A DNA stretch of 64,000 nucleotides from Bugula neritina (GCA_964035545.1 OZ037767.1:18816259-18880258), one strand, 5' to 3'; positions 1 through 14,171 are shown, counted from the first letter of the stretch. Translations and numbers: made by a program. Notes: generated by a model from the sequence alone, not told the origin.

Positions 1-455
1 GAAATAATACCCAGCAATAACACTTACTTTAGCAACTCATTATAATATATAGCTGATTGACAGAATATTTGCATGGACATGAACAGAAGAACGACTTATG
101 TATCAGTTATGAAACAACATTGCAAGCTTTTCTTGTATAATTTCCTGCTAAATTATGTAATAGCTTAGTTATTACGACCATATTTTTAATTTTTTAATTG
201 CATTGTGAAATTTCTCTCAATCATGAAAAGAATGAGCTAAACAAAAGTTTTTGCAAGAAACATTTGCTATCGATAGAATCACATTAACAAAACTTTTATA
301 GTTGCAGCAAATTATCTTAATAATATTTTTGTAAGCAGCAAGCAGGCACACTAATCAATTACACTAAAGGGGCTCCGAGATTCCAAACAACAATTTTTAC
401 TACTTCAACTTGCAATTGACCACAAGAATTGAAATTTGATGCAATATTTTTGCTG

Positions 456-3400
456 CTAAAACTCGAAAGGTTGCTCTATCAAACTAGGGGTATCTATACG
501 CTTTTTATTCTGAATAATCAGTTTATATATAGCTATATCACATTGCTTAAAATTTAGGTAAATGCTCAAGAATAGAAGTGGTATTAGTTGTTCGGGTGAT
601 CTCGTACCAGCGATTCTTTTGATTGGCACCATTTCCATAATCAACATAGTTCGGACAGAATTCCAGCCTGTGAAGGCATCAGAAGAGTTGTATCCTGTGC
701 AGGGAGCAACTAACAGCTTCACTTCCCTGTTACCACCATCCAACCCATAACATGTACCGTCAACTGCAGTGCAAAAAAACAATCTGAAAAACTGCTTTAA
801 TTGCAGTGCAAACTTTAAAGCTTAAAATTTTGTGAAAGACTGTTGCCATTATGTGTTAACCAAATGACATCAAATTTGGAAAGTAAGTGATTATCATAAA
901 TCTTCCGCTGACTAAGAAATTTCACTAGTGAATAGAAATATATTTCAGCAAACTATACTTCTTGGGAGGAAGGTTTGAGTGTCTGTTCCCAAAAGTCATA
1001 TCAAATCAGTATCATGGCTAAACACATTCTGTGAAACAAGGGTTTTTAAAGTAACACTTTTTAATTAAAAAGAAATATAAATTAAGGTATAAAAAGAAAT
1101 TAGAAAACGAATAGAAAAATACTGTTTACAAAATTAAAAATAATATGAATAAAGCTATAAATTTATGTTTTAATGTTTTAATAGAGATTGTAATGCATAT
1201 GATATAAACATTCAGTTAGAAACTTACTTACTTCAGCATAAAGTTATTTTGCAACACAATAATTTATAACTTACTGTCCATAGTGCGGTGATGGTTGCCA
1301 ATATTTAGACTGTAGTCTAGCATCTCGAGAGTGCTGGGGTTGTTACACTCAGTCCCGTCAAATGTGAGGAACCAGCGTTGACACTGACCAGGAGAGTAAT
1401 GGTGGGCTCTGACCACCACATGGAGGACAACTCTCAGACCTGAGTCAGCATGAGACTTCGGATACGTTGCCGTCTGGAAAATTCAACACTAACAAAGCTG
1501 GTTCTCTTCTGAAAACTTTCTTACACACATTAAATTGTAACTTGCTTCAAGCATTATAAAAATGATTTCTGGTCTTAGTAGAAATTCAAATGCGTGTCAT
1601 ATTTTTATTTTTATTGCAGACAAACAATGAGTGGCATAGTTGCACTTTTTATTTAATTGTTGGTTTTTTTAAATCTAAGTTTTCCGATTATTTATTAGCT
1701 AAATTCTTGTTCAAAGAGATTTATAATAGCTAAATCTAAGTTAATATGTCTGACTTTTTCCAACGTTTTAAGAATTGTTTAGCTATAGCTCTGGGCTGAG
1801 AATACAGAGGTAAAGCTTATTTTTTCTTCTAAAATGCAAAGAATTTATTCTAAAAAGGAACAAATTTTTTGAATAGTTATCATTAAAAAATTTATTTTTG
1901 GAAGTTTTAAATGGTGTTTGCTATAATGTCGTCAAGGGAAAGGTTAGTTATAACTAGTTACCATGACGATGCCTTCATCAGTGTCATCACCAGTATGAGG
2001 GGTCCAGTAGTGTCTGATGTTAGCATACTCATTCTCTAATCCACATTTCTCTTGCTGGTCACCTTCAGTTACAGCAAATAATCAATAAATAAACCTTTTT
2101 GAACAACATAAGCTTTACATCACCTATATTAATTATATGCATTTATAAATCAAGTTAGTATGTAATGTTAACTTTGATTATTTATTATACAATTATTGAT
2201 ATTTTGGCTTAGCTGTGTGAAAGTGCTGTAAATATCAATATGCAATCTCACCAGCAAAGATACAATGAACATAGACTGAGAGCAGAACAAGAGTTTGCAC
2301 ACATGATTGTCAATTTACAGCTTACCTATGCAAATACCTGTTCCAGTGTTTCCACAACCACCCATGCAAACCTCACTATCTGCGCAATTTCTTCCATTAC
2401 AATCAGTACCCTTCACATAGAAAAACAAAGATGCATGTAAATTTCACAAAAATACTTATGCCAAGACATGCAGCTCTGGAAAGATAATTTAACTCATTTC
2501 ATTATGCATGTACACTGCATGTACACTGCATGTACACTGCATGTACACTGCATGTACACTGCATGTATGCAGTACTCCATCAAAAATTTGTCTTATAGTA
2601 CTAAGTTTCAGTCGAATGTTTCCAATTATATTAAATATATAAAAAGTCAGAGCAATTAAATATAAACATATTAGTGGAAACTTCACGCTATTTTAAGCTA
2701 TAATATAATGGCCATAAATTAAAAACTTCAATACCCTCATCTAATACTGAATTCATTTATTATATATTTTTTTTATTTTCCCACCTCCATTATGCCTTTC
2801 ATTTTGATAAAATCTCCTCTCACTGCTCCATCAGCTCCTGAAGCTACCAGAATGTTGGAGCTATCTTTACTCAACTCATAGCACAGTCCTAAAATATAGC
2901 ACCTTTGTGATACCAGACATCAGTTAAATGACTTTTAGTAAACGATAAACAGCAGTATGGCTTTTACGTGCTGTTCTTTTATCAAGAGGATTTTCGGATA
3001 ACTGTCAGCCATAGTCTACGCGACACACTATCTAGCCAATAGCTAGCACAATTTATGAAGAAAGCATAGCTTTAGCTTCATTTTTATCCAAGAATTTTTT
3101 TTAAATTCACTTGCTTTTGGGCTTCTATTTAGCACATTAAAAGCTTTTATGGTTTAAACTCAGAGACTTAAATCAGTAACCATTGTAAAGTTTCATCACT
3201 GATATGGTGCACAGTCCATACTATATTATGAAGTTCTAACTACATAATTATGCATAAAATCATGTGACCTTTTCCTCCAAAGCTTGTATTATAAATTGCT
3301 AATACAATAAAAAAGTAGTCATCCTATTTGCTGCATTTGGTTTACATTATAGTAACATGCATTGTTGCATAGCTTACCTCTGCATAATTATATGAGATTT

Positions 3401-4384
3401 ACAAAACAAATTAAGAGCCACCTCACCCTAGAACACATCCACTGTTTTCTCTAATCTAACCAGTTTTCTCAGCTGTATGCTATCAGCAATAAACCAGCTT
3501 CTGGTCTAGGTAGAAGTTGTCTAAACATGACTCACCTTGGTTATCTCTGAAAGCTGCTGGACAGTTCACAGGGAAGTTTTCCCAGCAGTTGAGAAGGCAT
3601 TCTACCAGAGTTCTAGCTGGGGATATTTTGACGATGTCAGAGTTGGAAGTACTCAGGTACCTCTCTGCAGATATCTGGCCAGTTGGTTCACACGCTGACA
3701 ACTCTGTAATATATTTTCACTCATGACTCACATCTCTATTCCATACAACATCAGATAAAACTGGGAAGCAATATAGTATGTATAATGTGACAGATATAAT
3801 ATATATAACATGATATAATATAACATGATATAATATATATAACATGATATAATATATATAACATGATATAATATAACATGTCAAAAGGTCATCAATCCAA
3901 CAGAAAATATGTTTTCAGCTCATTTCCATAAAACTTTTTTAAAAACTAAATAGAAGCATAGACTTACATTTAAAACTTGAATTATTGTTTAAGCAAGTTT
4001 TAATGCGCTTTACATAAATTCTGTCACAAGTCTAATATTATACTTGAGTCTCTGGTTATAAGTAGCAAAAGATATATAGCTGTTAGAATAATTGTGCTAC
4101 AACTAAAAGTAGCTAGGAGCACATTTTACATATCTATAGCGAGTTAGGATCGAACTATTCTCTAACAATGATTCTATTGAAAATATTATTATTAGGAATT
4201 ATTTTCGATATTATGCTACATATTGGGTATTAAAATAGTCATTCAGAAATGAATAGGACAACATATAAAGAATATCCTATTTTTAGCAATACAAACCCAG
4301 CACGCTATCAGCTGTTACAGAGACTACTGCTGTTATACACATTATCACCACAGAACACACTCCTTTTCTTTTAGCTGTTTTCAT
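456..4384 (-). CDS. Secreted PAN/apple-like + Cys-rich linker + CTHRC1 C-terminal domain protein (~350 aa, 7 exons, no collagen repeat)
   Basis: Exons 4384-4297, 3703-3536, 2888-2785, 2410-2326, 2062-1962, 1473-1275, 763-456 join at GT-AG junctions in phase (1053 nt). Signal-like MKTAKRKGVCSVVIMCITAVVSVTA; PAN-like TLVECLLNCWENFPVNCPAAF...GLCYEL; CTHRC1-C motifs YPKSHADSGLRV, CQRWFLTFDGTEC, NHHRT..IDGTCYGL, DAFTGWNSVRTMLIMEM. The last ~55 aa after the domain are uncertain. Confidence 0.85.
2505..2566. repeat. 11-bp minisatellite (GCATGTACACT) x5, intronic
   Basis: Read directly; explains spurious ORFs 2468-2659 and 2489-2686. Confidence 0.95.
3793..3880. repeat. Degenerate ~14-19 bp AT-rich tandem repeat (GATATAATATATATAACAT)n
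   Basis: About 5 copies read directly in intron 1 of the CTHRC1-like gene. Confidence 0.85.
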
Positions 4385-5503
4385 TCTAGAAATGTTATAA
4401 AGAAAAGTTATTATCAATATTATCATATATGTTCAAAGTAACTTTCAACTTTAATATGGCAAAGTTAATTCATTTTATATAAATCGTTGATTTTAAATTA
4501 GAACATTTCTATGTTCTATTCTATGTGAAATTGACAGCAAATCTTTGTATGTTATATACTTGCAGTTTATATATAAATGAATGCTCGTAGGGATTATCTG
4601 TGGTTTGTGGTTTGCATTAATTTATAGTTGATCAGATGTAACTATTTTCATTAGCCTAATGAAATAATCTATTCTCATAATGGGACAATGGAAACAACAA
4701 TGGAAACGTAGTGATAAGAGTATCAGTAAGGTAAACCTGCTTTGCAGCTCATAGAAAACTTTATCAAGAGAGTATTTTTGCTTTGAGTCTGTAAAGTTTA
4801 ACTACTTACCTTTTGAAGTTTTCATGCATCAGAAGGCAGGGAAAGAATATTTTATTTTGCAATTTGTAGGTGATAGCTTTTATGAAACATGTAAGTACTA
4901 TCTAATCCGGCACATCCGTCATTTGCAAAATAATATGGATTTTAGAAATTTAATCTTTTGAAGCAGGAATATTAATTAGACAAGCAATTTATAACTTTTA
5001 TAAAATTTGCATAAATTGATAACCGTTTTGCTTCAATTGCTTCACAAAAACATGTAAATCCAATAGCCTATGCAGCTCCCCTATATAAATAAACACTATA
5101 ATGATAATGCACTGATCAAGGATCCTCTCAATAATTGGGACTCAGCTCCAAGAATCGGAGTCAAGTTATGAAAGCTCTACTTCACACAACCAGCAATATG
5201 ATATATTAAGGTTATCAAATTTAAAGAGAAGAGTCACTACAAGGCACAAGCCTATAATATTGAAAAGGTTCTTGAAAAGTCCTCTCTTCCTATATAGCCT
5301 TTACAAACTAATTAACAATAAACACCATATATTATAATATATTATATTATATCTATTACGCCTGCAGCCATGTAGGTTACATTATCAAAAAGTATTCTAT
5401 AACACTGAGAAAGTGGAGTTACATAAGAGCTTCTCAAAGACTAAAGTATATGTACTATACCTTTCATATGAAACAAATGTCCCTAACAATATCTGTGCTG
5501 AAA

Positions 5504-5724
5504 AAAACACACGCAAGTTCATAACCGCTGCTATCTCTGTGAGAAACCTCTAATGAAAAGGGTTTTTGTTAAATCAAGCTAAGGACTTGTTTAGATGAGG
5601 CACAAGAGCAATTATGACAGGATGCTCTATCTAACATCACCTTAATGGTTTTTGTCGCGGTTTGAACCCATAACTTTTTGTTCACTTAGCAAACGCTTTA
5701 ACCCCTAGACCACTGATGCTCCCT
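5504..5724 (-). mobile_element. tRNA-derived SINE-like insertion with 16-bp target-site duplication
   Basis: Minus-strand head GGGAGCATCAGTGGTCTAGGGGTTAAAGCG (A-box-like) ... GGGTTCAAACC (B-box-like). Flanks AATATCTGTGCTGAAA (5488-5503) and AATACCTGTGCTGAAA (5725-5740) match at 15/16. Confidence 0.7.
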
Positions 5725-5930
5725 AATACCTGTGCTGAAATATAGACATATAACATATTGATAGTTTTTTATAAGTAAAAAATGAATAAAAAAAGATCAA
5801 AATTTTGAAAAGCACAAAATAGAGTAATTGTGTTAATTGAATTGTACTATACTATAGATAAATCATTTACCTAGTTGATCCTTTTGTAGTACATATTACT
5901 ATAATTGGATGCACTCTTTGGGTGGTAACG

Positions 5931-6088
<158 letters not shown>

Positions 6089-8174
6089 AGATTGAGATTG
6101 AGATATACACATATATATGAGTATATATATTTATATGCAGTCATACCCACATATAGATAATGTACAATGTTTTATATGGTTAATAAATTAGCTTTGATAT
6201 CCCCTTGGTATATACTCTCAATTTATTGAGGCAGCACAAATTTATATCAAGGAAACTATATATTTAAATTGAGAAATTTACTAACTTTGAAGCTGCATTA
6301 AATTATATTTTAAAAACATTATTTGAATTGAGAAATTTATTGATTTTGAAGCGCTGCGAAATTGTATATTCAATCGATTGAGGCAAAACCATTTGAATAT
6401 TGATGTTTAAACTGCAATTCTTTTTGTGAATCTAATTTGAATAAATGGCCTATAGCTAGTTTGTCAGACCTATTTGTTTTGTCATGCAGTATAATATAAG
6501 CACAGCTAGATTTTGAAGGATCGCTAGAATAAGTTCTCACTGATCTTTACAGACTGCAAGTAGCGGTGGTTGAATTCAGTTTGAGAAATGAAGTACTCTT
6601 TCTGTAAGCTCTTGCATGTCAAAGATTTTGCAAAAAACCATTTCATTCGCTAAATGATATAATATATACCGCATGTAAAAAGAAAATCTTAAATGAAAAT
6701 AATTAACAAAATATTAAAGTTTCAAACTTAAATTTAAATCTGTTTAAATGAAGTGAAGTTAAAAGTTAATTGATAGATTTGCATGTTAATTGTTAAATTT
6801 GTGTGTAATTTAGTTTGTATTTGATGATCGACTAAAAATAGGAGTCATCTTCACTCGATAAATAATAATTGTAGTTTAGCATTTGAATTATTCTTGTAGC
6901 ATATGTGTGGTTCCATATATTAGGTTGTGTAAAGGTTAGCACTTGAAAGCTACAGGTGTAAATGTAGTGAAATTAGCACTAGTTTGCTTAGCTGTCTTAG
7001 CTATTTTAAGAACCTTTAAAGAAAAGCTTTCTACAGCCTAGTCCGTGCTACCTAACAAACATCTAGAACTTGATAATAGCAGGAGCTAGTGAACTAGTTG
7101 ATATTTGTAGAGAGCAAAAATAAGTAAGTCACTTATATTAATTATAATGTTTCCTTTTGTGAAATGCAACTGTGTGTATTTTTATGTTGCTTATATATGT
7201 TTATTCTGAGATCATGTAAGTTTTGAATTGCAATTGTAGCCTTGATGGTGTCAATAGAAGTCAGTGTCAAATGAGATCAACCAATGTATGGTAGAATAAA
7301 ATATAATAAAGGACATCAGGGAAGAGTTATTGCCCAAATCACAGCCTAGTTCACTACAGTAAATTTATGTTCCACTATTCATTATATAATTTATTATATG
7401 ATTTTAAGATTTCTTTGTGTCTTTATTTCTCAAGGCATTTTAATTAATTGGCATATCAAAAGCTTTGACTAAAAAGCTTGGTATCTCATACACTGAAAAG
7501 AAGAGTTTTTCCGAAAAACTTTATGCCAACATTGTAATATAATATGTTTGTAAGATCTGTTATATGTACACCATAATTTCTGTTACATTGCAGCTCTACA
7601 TTAGGTATTACTGTTGCAGTTCTGTGCACTACTTATAGAGTGGCCGGGTGTTATTGTACACAAAAATTACTGCTACATGGTTTACTATGAAGTTGTGAGA
7701 GAAACCGAAGTAGTTAACGTTTATGAAATATCTATATTTAAAGTCTAATTAGATACAAATAACGCCATCAACAATTACAAAAGAATACACATATATAGAA
7801 CAGCTATAGTTGTTCAATATTATCCTAATCTATATGACAGTTATCCTCCAACTGAGGCTGTTTTTATCTGAAGGGTTGGCTCTGATTGGCCGGTGAGGGT
7901 TCCAGCGGTGCCACAATACGGAATGACGCGAAGTTATAGTCGCTTGGAACTTTTATAATAGCTTTTTTCATATTATAACATAACTTCTGTGGCAGGTATC
8001 TATGCATGGAAGGTTGAGGGTGAGGGGGGTATACTTCCCACAGCCAATACATTATACCAAGTTCTCTAATGCTCAGATGAATCTTTACTTCAATAAGCAA
8101 ATAATCCATAAATCATAAGTTTGCAAACTAATTAGTTTTTGGTGCAATTACTTTATTGCCTTTCTATATACTTT

Positions 8175-8360
8175 TGCTAATATTGCAGTGGTAGATATGT
8201 GTATATATAATGTATAAACAGCAGCTATATAATGTACTTGTGCTAATATTGCAGTGTAGATATATGTATATATTATGTATAAACAGCAGCTCTATAATGT
8301 ACTTGTGCTAATATTGCAGTGTATATATGTGTATATATAATGTAGCCTATAAACAGCAGC
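8175..8360. repeat. ~65-bp tandem repeat x3
   Basis: Unit TGCTAATATTGCAGTG(G)TAGATAT...TAAACAGCAGCT seen three times. Confidence 0.9.
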
Positions 8361-10377
8361 TTGCTTAGGGTTTTTCCCCTCGTCAGTGCAGTATACATGG
8401 ATCTCATTTTTCACAGCAATAGTATTTGAACAGGCTTATTTACTGCTGTTTTATTCATTTTATCAAACAGGATATATACACTATTCTGTGTAGTAAAGCT
8501 GTTGCATTGTATAAACTGCAAAAAGAGATTAAGCAGTGAAGTTCCAATCAATACATGCAATACAATAAAACTTAACCCAGGAGAAATATGCTGCTTTCAA
8601 ATAGCCTAACAATGAAAATTATTGTCAGGAGTGTGTGACGCCCCTTCCTAGCATTCAAGAGTTGTTGAGACCAAGATAGAATTTGAGCTGTGTGCTTCAC
8701 CGTTGCATAATTTATTGTTTACTTACGCACTCTGTAGAATACATACTCAAAGCAATGCAATGTTCAGTTTATTGACAAGAGCTAGATTGTACAGGTTGTA
8801 TAATAAGATCAACTCAGTGTAAGTAACACATGAAATAGGAATATTTATTACATGCTGATACTGATTGCTTGCTTTTGAGGAGACACGTACAGGGGAGGTA
8901 AATGGGGTTTTAGTTTTTGCATTTTACTACTTTAAGCCTATACTCTATACACTATAACATACCATGCTAAGATACCCTATATACACTATGATTAAATTAT
9001 ATTATACACTGTGCTATGTTATTGAATACATTATATTATGCTGTATCACCATATGATAGATAGCACTACCTTATTCTGTGCTCTTTACTGCAATATGGTC
9101 AGCTATGTTGTGCCATGGAGCTTTCCAGTATCTACATGATCAGCTCGTGTTGAAATACTGGTAAACCATTCACTATTTTCAATAGATTCACTGCAACAAA
9201 ATATAATATTCAAAGTTTCTTTCAACTATTCTGAAAACACTGCTACTAGATAATCAAGTTAATTGAGTTATTAAAAATAATATGTTAAAATGTGTGGCAC
9301 AAAGTTTTGAAAGTGAGGCTCTTGCTGCTTTTAGCAGAGTTGGAGCCTTTGTAGAACACTTGCAAGATGGTCAAAGTAATTGTAAGCACATGTTGTTACT
9401 ACATTTTCACTTTCACTTCCAATAGCACTTCTTATAATGGCTGTAGTAGCTGTCAACAGTTAGCATATAATCGATACACAGAGAACTTTTTGGAGTGCTA
9501 TTAGCCTTAATTCTTCTTTCTTAAAGTAGATTTAGTCTCTAGTGGATGAGAACAACACTAAACTTTTGTAAGATTTGCTTCTTGTGTAAAGGCTAAACAT
9601 GCTTGACATATGGTTAGAAACAAAGGTGCAACTACCTTGTAATCGAATATCTAAAGTTTAGCATTATAGCTAGTTCTGAGCAGTGAAATGTATATCGGAA
9701 ATGCAACATTTTATATAAAAAGAGAGTTGTACATTTCTAAATATGTTCTTCCATATGATAGATCATATAATATTAGCTTTAGTTTGACTTTTCTCTTTAG
9801 AAAGTACAATTAATTCCTATATTAATAAATAGACTGTCATAGCATATAAAACACTCTTTGAAAATTAAAAAATATTTTCATCATTTTATATTTTATTTAT
9901 ATTTTTATAAAATATGATGTCTGTATGCACTACTTGAATAGTACAATGCAAGGCATGGCAACTGGAGTTCTGTGTAGTTATAATCATTACTGAGCTGCAC
10001 CGTAAAACCCAATGCAGTTGCATATTTATAGCAATATTGGCGTTCACATTGTTTGTTCACAACACCATAATGATCATTTCTATTAACAGTTATTCAAGCT
10101 TTTTATTGTGTTCACAGCCTCTGATTAAATGAAAAGCAATCAATTATTGTATTATGATTGTGTAAAAAAACTATTGATTAAAACAACAATTATTTTTAAA
10201 AAGTTTTGAGTGGTTGGCTAAATGTATTACCTGAAAGCAAAAGGACACACATGAATCAGTAAAAAAAATTTCGTGGCATGTAGCGATTTCACAAGTATCA
10301 ATGATGAATTTAAATCATGTATCGTGCTATGCTGTGCTTTTATTTTTACAGAATTCTGAGTAGAAGAGAAGCTCATT

Positions 10378-12597
10378 ATGTCACTCAAACTAGCCTTAGT
10401 GCTTTTCCTCACTGCTGGTTTTGCATGTTGCACTACAACACAGGATCCTAAGACTAGGCAAGTTATATATGACTACTATATAAGTATTAATTAATAAAAT
10501 TAGATAACTCCTAACATATCTCAAATGCTGTGTGTACATATGAATGTATCCATATTATAATGAGAAAGAACAGTTGAAGCAGGATTAATGAGTGTAATTA
10601 AAATAACAAAGCAAAAAAATGTGGATTAGACACAGTAATATTATATTCTTTATTTGGCAGAGCGTAGTTTCTATTTATAATTGTATTTATTTAGCTTATA
10701 ATAAAACTTATGTAACCAGGTTTTGGGTATGCTATGGAGACAAGGCAGCTTATACAAATGGTGAATGCGACGTCTGGTGTACTAAAGCCCAAAAAGTTTA
10801 TGATGGATGTTATTACCTTGAGGATCTTCAGACATATAGAAGTTGTGGACAAATCTGCAACAATAAGATCAAAGGCTCAGAGGATGAGGAGCAGTGTAGA
10901 ACTCATTGTCCAGGTACATCTCAAGCATCTTAGAATGAGTTTCTATTAGCAGCTTATTAATCAATATTATAGAGCTACGTTCCTGGTACTCATATATTAC
11001 AACCTGTAACACAAATGTGTTTTACTGAACTCTCAATTCAATTTGCTCCTACAATTGTTTTATCAAATGTTAAGATGGTAGGCAAGACATTGACTCTTAT
11101 AGACACACCAATTTTGCAGATCCAAAGATCAATAATTTATTACTGTGTATTTTGATATTACTATAATTTATATATTTTTGCAGAAAAATTCACTGTAATA
11201 GTTAACCCATCCAATGAATGACTCTATCATGACAGCTTCACATACTATAATATTCAGATAGTTTTAATACACAATAATATAGCAAGATATTAGCAATTGA
11301 TAGCAGATGTTATCATATACTGATGCATCATTGTAATCCACCAGCCTTTTGCTCTCCATTTACTAAAAATAATGTAGTAACTTCAGTTCACCATCAGGAT
11401 GCTTCTGCAAAGCCAAATGCATTCTCCAGACAGCTGCAAAGCATGTTTGCACCTGTTGACCTTTTAGTGTTGCTGTGGGGTGGATGCTGCTTTGAATCAT
11501 TGTTGAAAGTTTATTCTGCAGTAAAAACTTATTACTTGTATTTAATCGCAGCTAATGATAATATTAATCAACAAATAGAAAACTGAATCAATTTTGAACA
11601 ACTCAAACTAACTCTAGCGTTTCTATCCCATGTTGCTATATCTAGATTACTATCAGACACAATGCAGAGCAAAAAGAGACCTGCCTACAACCCCACCCTT
11701 GAAAACCCCAAACTCCAAGATTGTATTAACCACTGGACAAATCATGGGGATAGTTGTTAGTGTGATTGCCCTGCTAGCCATGATTGGAATGGGACTTAAC
11801 AGCTCATTCAAACAGCATAAGAGTCTTGAAAATTATGAATGTGTTCCAACAGCTTCCAATGGTGAGTATGCCTTCAATATTTGATAAAATATTTATAACT
11901 AAATGCATAAAATAAAGAAGCAATATAATAGTAAAAAAGTAATAAAAAACAGCCTCAAAAATAAAAATGAAAAAGATCTTAATCAAATGCTCAACGCGGA
12001 TGTTTGTGCAACAAAATTCATTTTCTTTTACGAATAATCCTTACAAAAGGATGCAATTGCTTATATTATTTTGGATTTACTATTTTTATTCATGTCAGCC
12101 TACATGACGTAGATGCGTATTATCAGTGCATGGGGTTTCGTTCACTTTGAGGATGCTACTAGTTTAACAGATTCTTAGTACTTTGACTTTTTAGTGTTAT
12201 TAAAACAACATATTTGTATTAGTTTTTCAATTGCCAGTTTACTATAATTACAATCAAAAGGTTCCTAAAAAAACTTAAATTGGTAATATTATTTATGCAG
12301 TTCCGCTGCATCAAAACAAGCCTCTATTTGCATATAATTAAAAGCAACGTGGTTGTAGTGATTGCCTGTAATTTTATAATTAATTGCCACAAGTTTGAAC
12401 CATGAATACCACAAATATGCAGAAACTTCGTTATGTAATTAATGTATTAATTTTATTGCCATGTGTGAGTAGCTATTTCACAATATAGTGAGTTTATATT
12501 TTTAGAAGTTGAAACTGCAAGAAGCAATATTTTTAGTGATGAAGAGAGTCTTGTTCATCAACCGGAGCCTAGCACATCAACTGCCAGCAGAAACTAA
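10378..12597 (+). CDS. Single-CRD TNF-receptor-like type I membrane protein (Grindelwald/TACI-like), ~193 aa, 4 coding exons
   Basis: Exons 10378-10457 (GC donor), 10720-10913, 11646-11861, 12506-12597 give 582 nt in frame. Signal peptide MSLKLALVLFLTAGFACC; Cys-rich GCYYLEDLQTYRSCGQICNN...CRTHCPDY; RAKR; P/T stalk; TM IMGIVVSVIALLAMIGMGL; short tail containing FSDEES. Confidence 0.75.
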
Positions 12598-14171
12598 GTT
12601 CCAATGAGCGGCATATGTCTTATAGGTATTGCATCAACTGTTTGAGGTATATTGCCTTAATCTCAAAGTTAAAACAATCATGACTATAATATAATATCTT
12701 TTTTGAAATTAGCAGATTGCTTCTACTATTAAACAGTGTATCCTTGCAGAGATCCACCGGTTTTAAATAAATTTACAATTACTACTGTAGATTTATTTCA
12801 TCATAGTTTCAAAGAAAAATTTAAAAATTCATTTAAATTTTTAATTGCAAAAAGAAAGTTCTCTATTAGCAACAATAAAACTACTTTTGTGCAAAATTAA
12901 AATATTTAATTATTTTTTTTTGAAATCTTTGCATACCTTATTAAAGCATCGTCAAAAGCAAATGTCATATTTGGTATTTTCCTTAACTACTCACATTTAA
13001 ACTATAAAATATAGGCAATAAAGCTATAAAGATATGCATAAAGATTTACATTTAACGTGATGATACGTAATTTATGCTCAACACTGATATAATTTACAAG
13101 CTTTTATTTTAGATAGGAATTTCCTTCTGAATAATGAACGGAGAATAAAAGACTTTCACCATGACACTGAAAGGGCCATCCTTAATATGCATCTCTTTCT
13201 CAACAAACAATCACACAGTAACATAAAATGTTTTTATAGGGTAGATGAATACAAAGCATTTGAAACCTTGGCTCTAAAGTGCATTAAATAATCAATTGGT
13301 CTTCCCTTACAATAATATAAACTGCCTGTTTTGAAACTACCAGTGTTTTATGACGTACTTTTATGCTATGCTTAGTTTCATCTGAAAAGTGGAAGAATTA
13401 ATCTTTGGTGTTATATTAATAAAAATGGATCTTTGCCTCTCAGCTTAAAACAACAAGTTTGGATGTTATTTCATGTACATAGAATAATAACGTATTTTTA
13501 TATTATATAAGATTGCTTAGCCTACAGCTTTTCTAAATCTGATGACTTATAATATTATATAGGAACAATATAATATAGATATTATAGATTTTTTTGAAAC
13601 AGTGTATTTGTAGTGTTGTATGTTACAATAAATCCATTTGGCAACTTGTTTGCTGCTTTAAATATTTCTTCATAACAAAATTATAGTTTAACAAGACGTA
13701 GGATTTCTTCATATTATTTTTTAACTATGTGTGGTTGTGCTCTACATATAGTGTATATATAGTTCAGTTTTACAGAATCAAATAGGTATTGCTGAAGGTT
13801 GTGTTAATTGTAATCAACTTATTTACATTGTGCAACAAAAACAAAATTTGTTATAACATAATAATATATTATTATTCCGTACAAAAAATGCTGAAAATAA
13901 CAAAATGATTCTGTGTGAATTAATCATATGTGAATGTAACTTTATGAACTATTTTGAACTACAAATATTTGATGACATATTATCAATCTACATTTATATT
14001 ATGAAATATATACATATATAGCTATATTTAAAGCTTACCATTATATTTTCAAGTATAAAAATCCTATAACTTTTTCTTGCTGTACGAGAACAATGCATAC
14101 ATATTATTAATGTTAAACAGATATACGGACAACAAACGTGGATATTCAATGCATTAAGGAGCCACCAATTA

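Noticed and set aside
7860-8110. GC-richer patch with an 81-aa minus-strand ORF and GATTGG
   Set aside because: No recognisable domain or exon partners; promoter versus transposon fragment cannot be decided.
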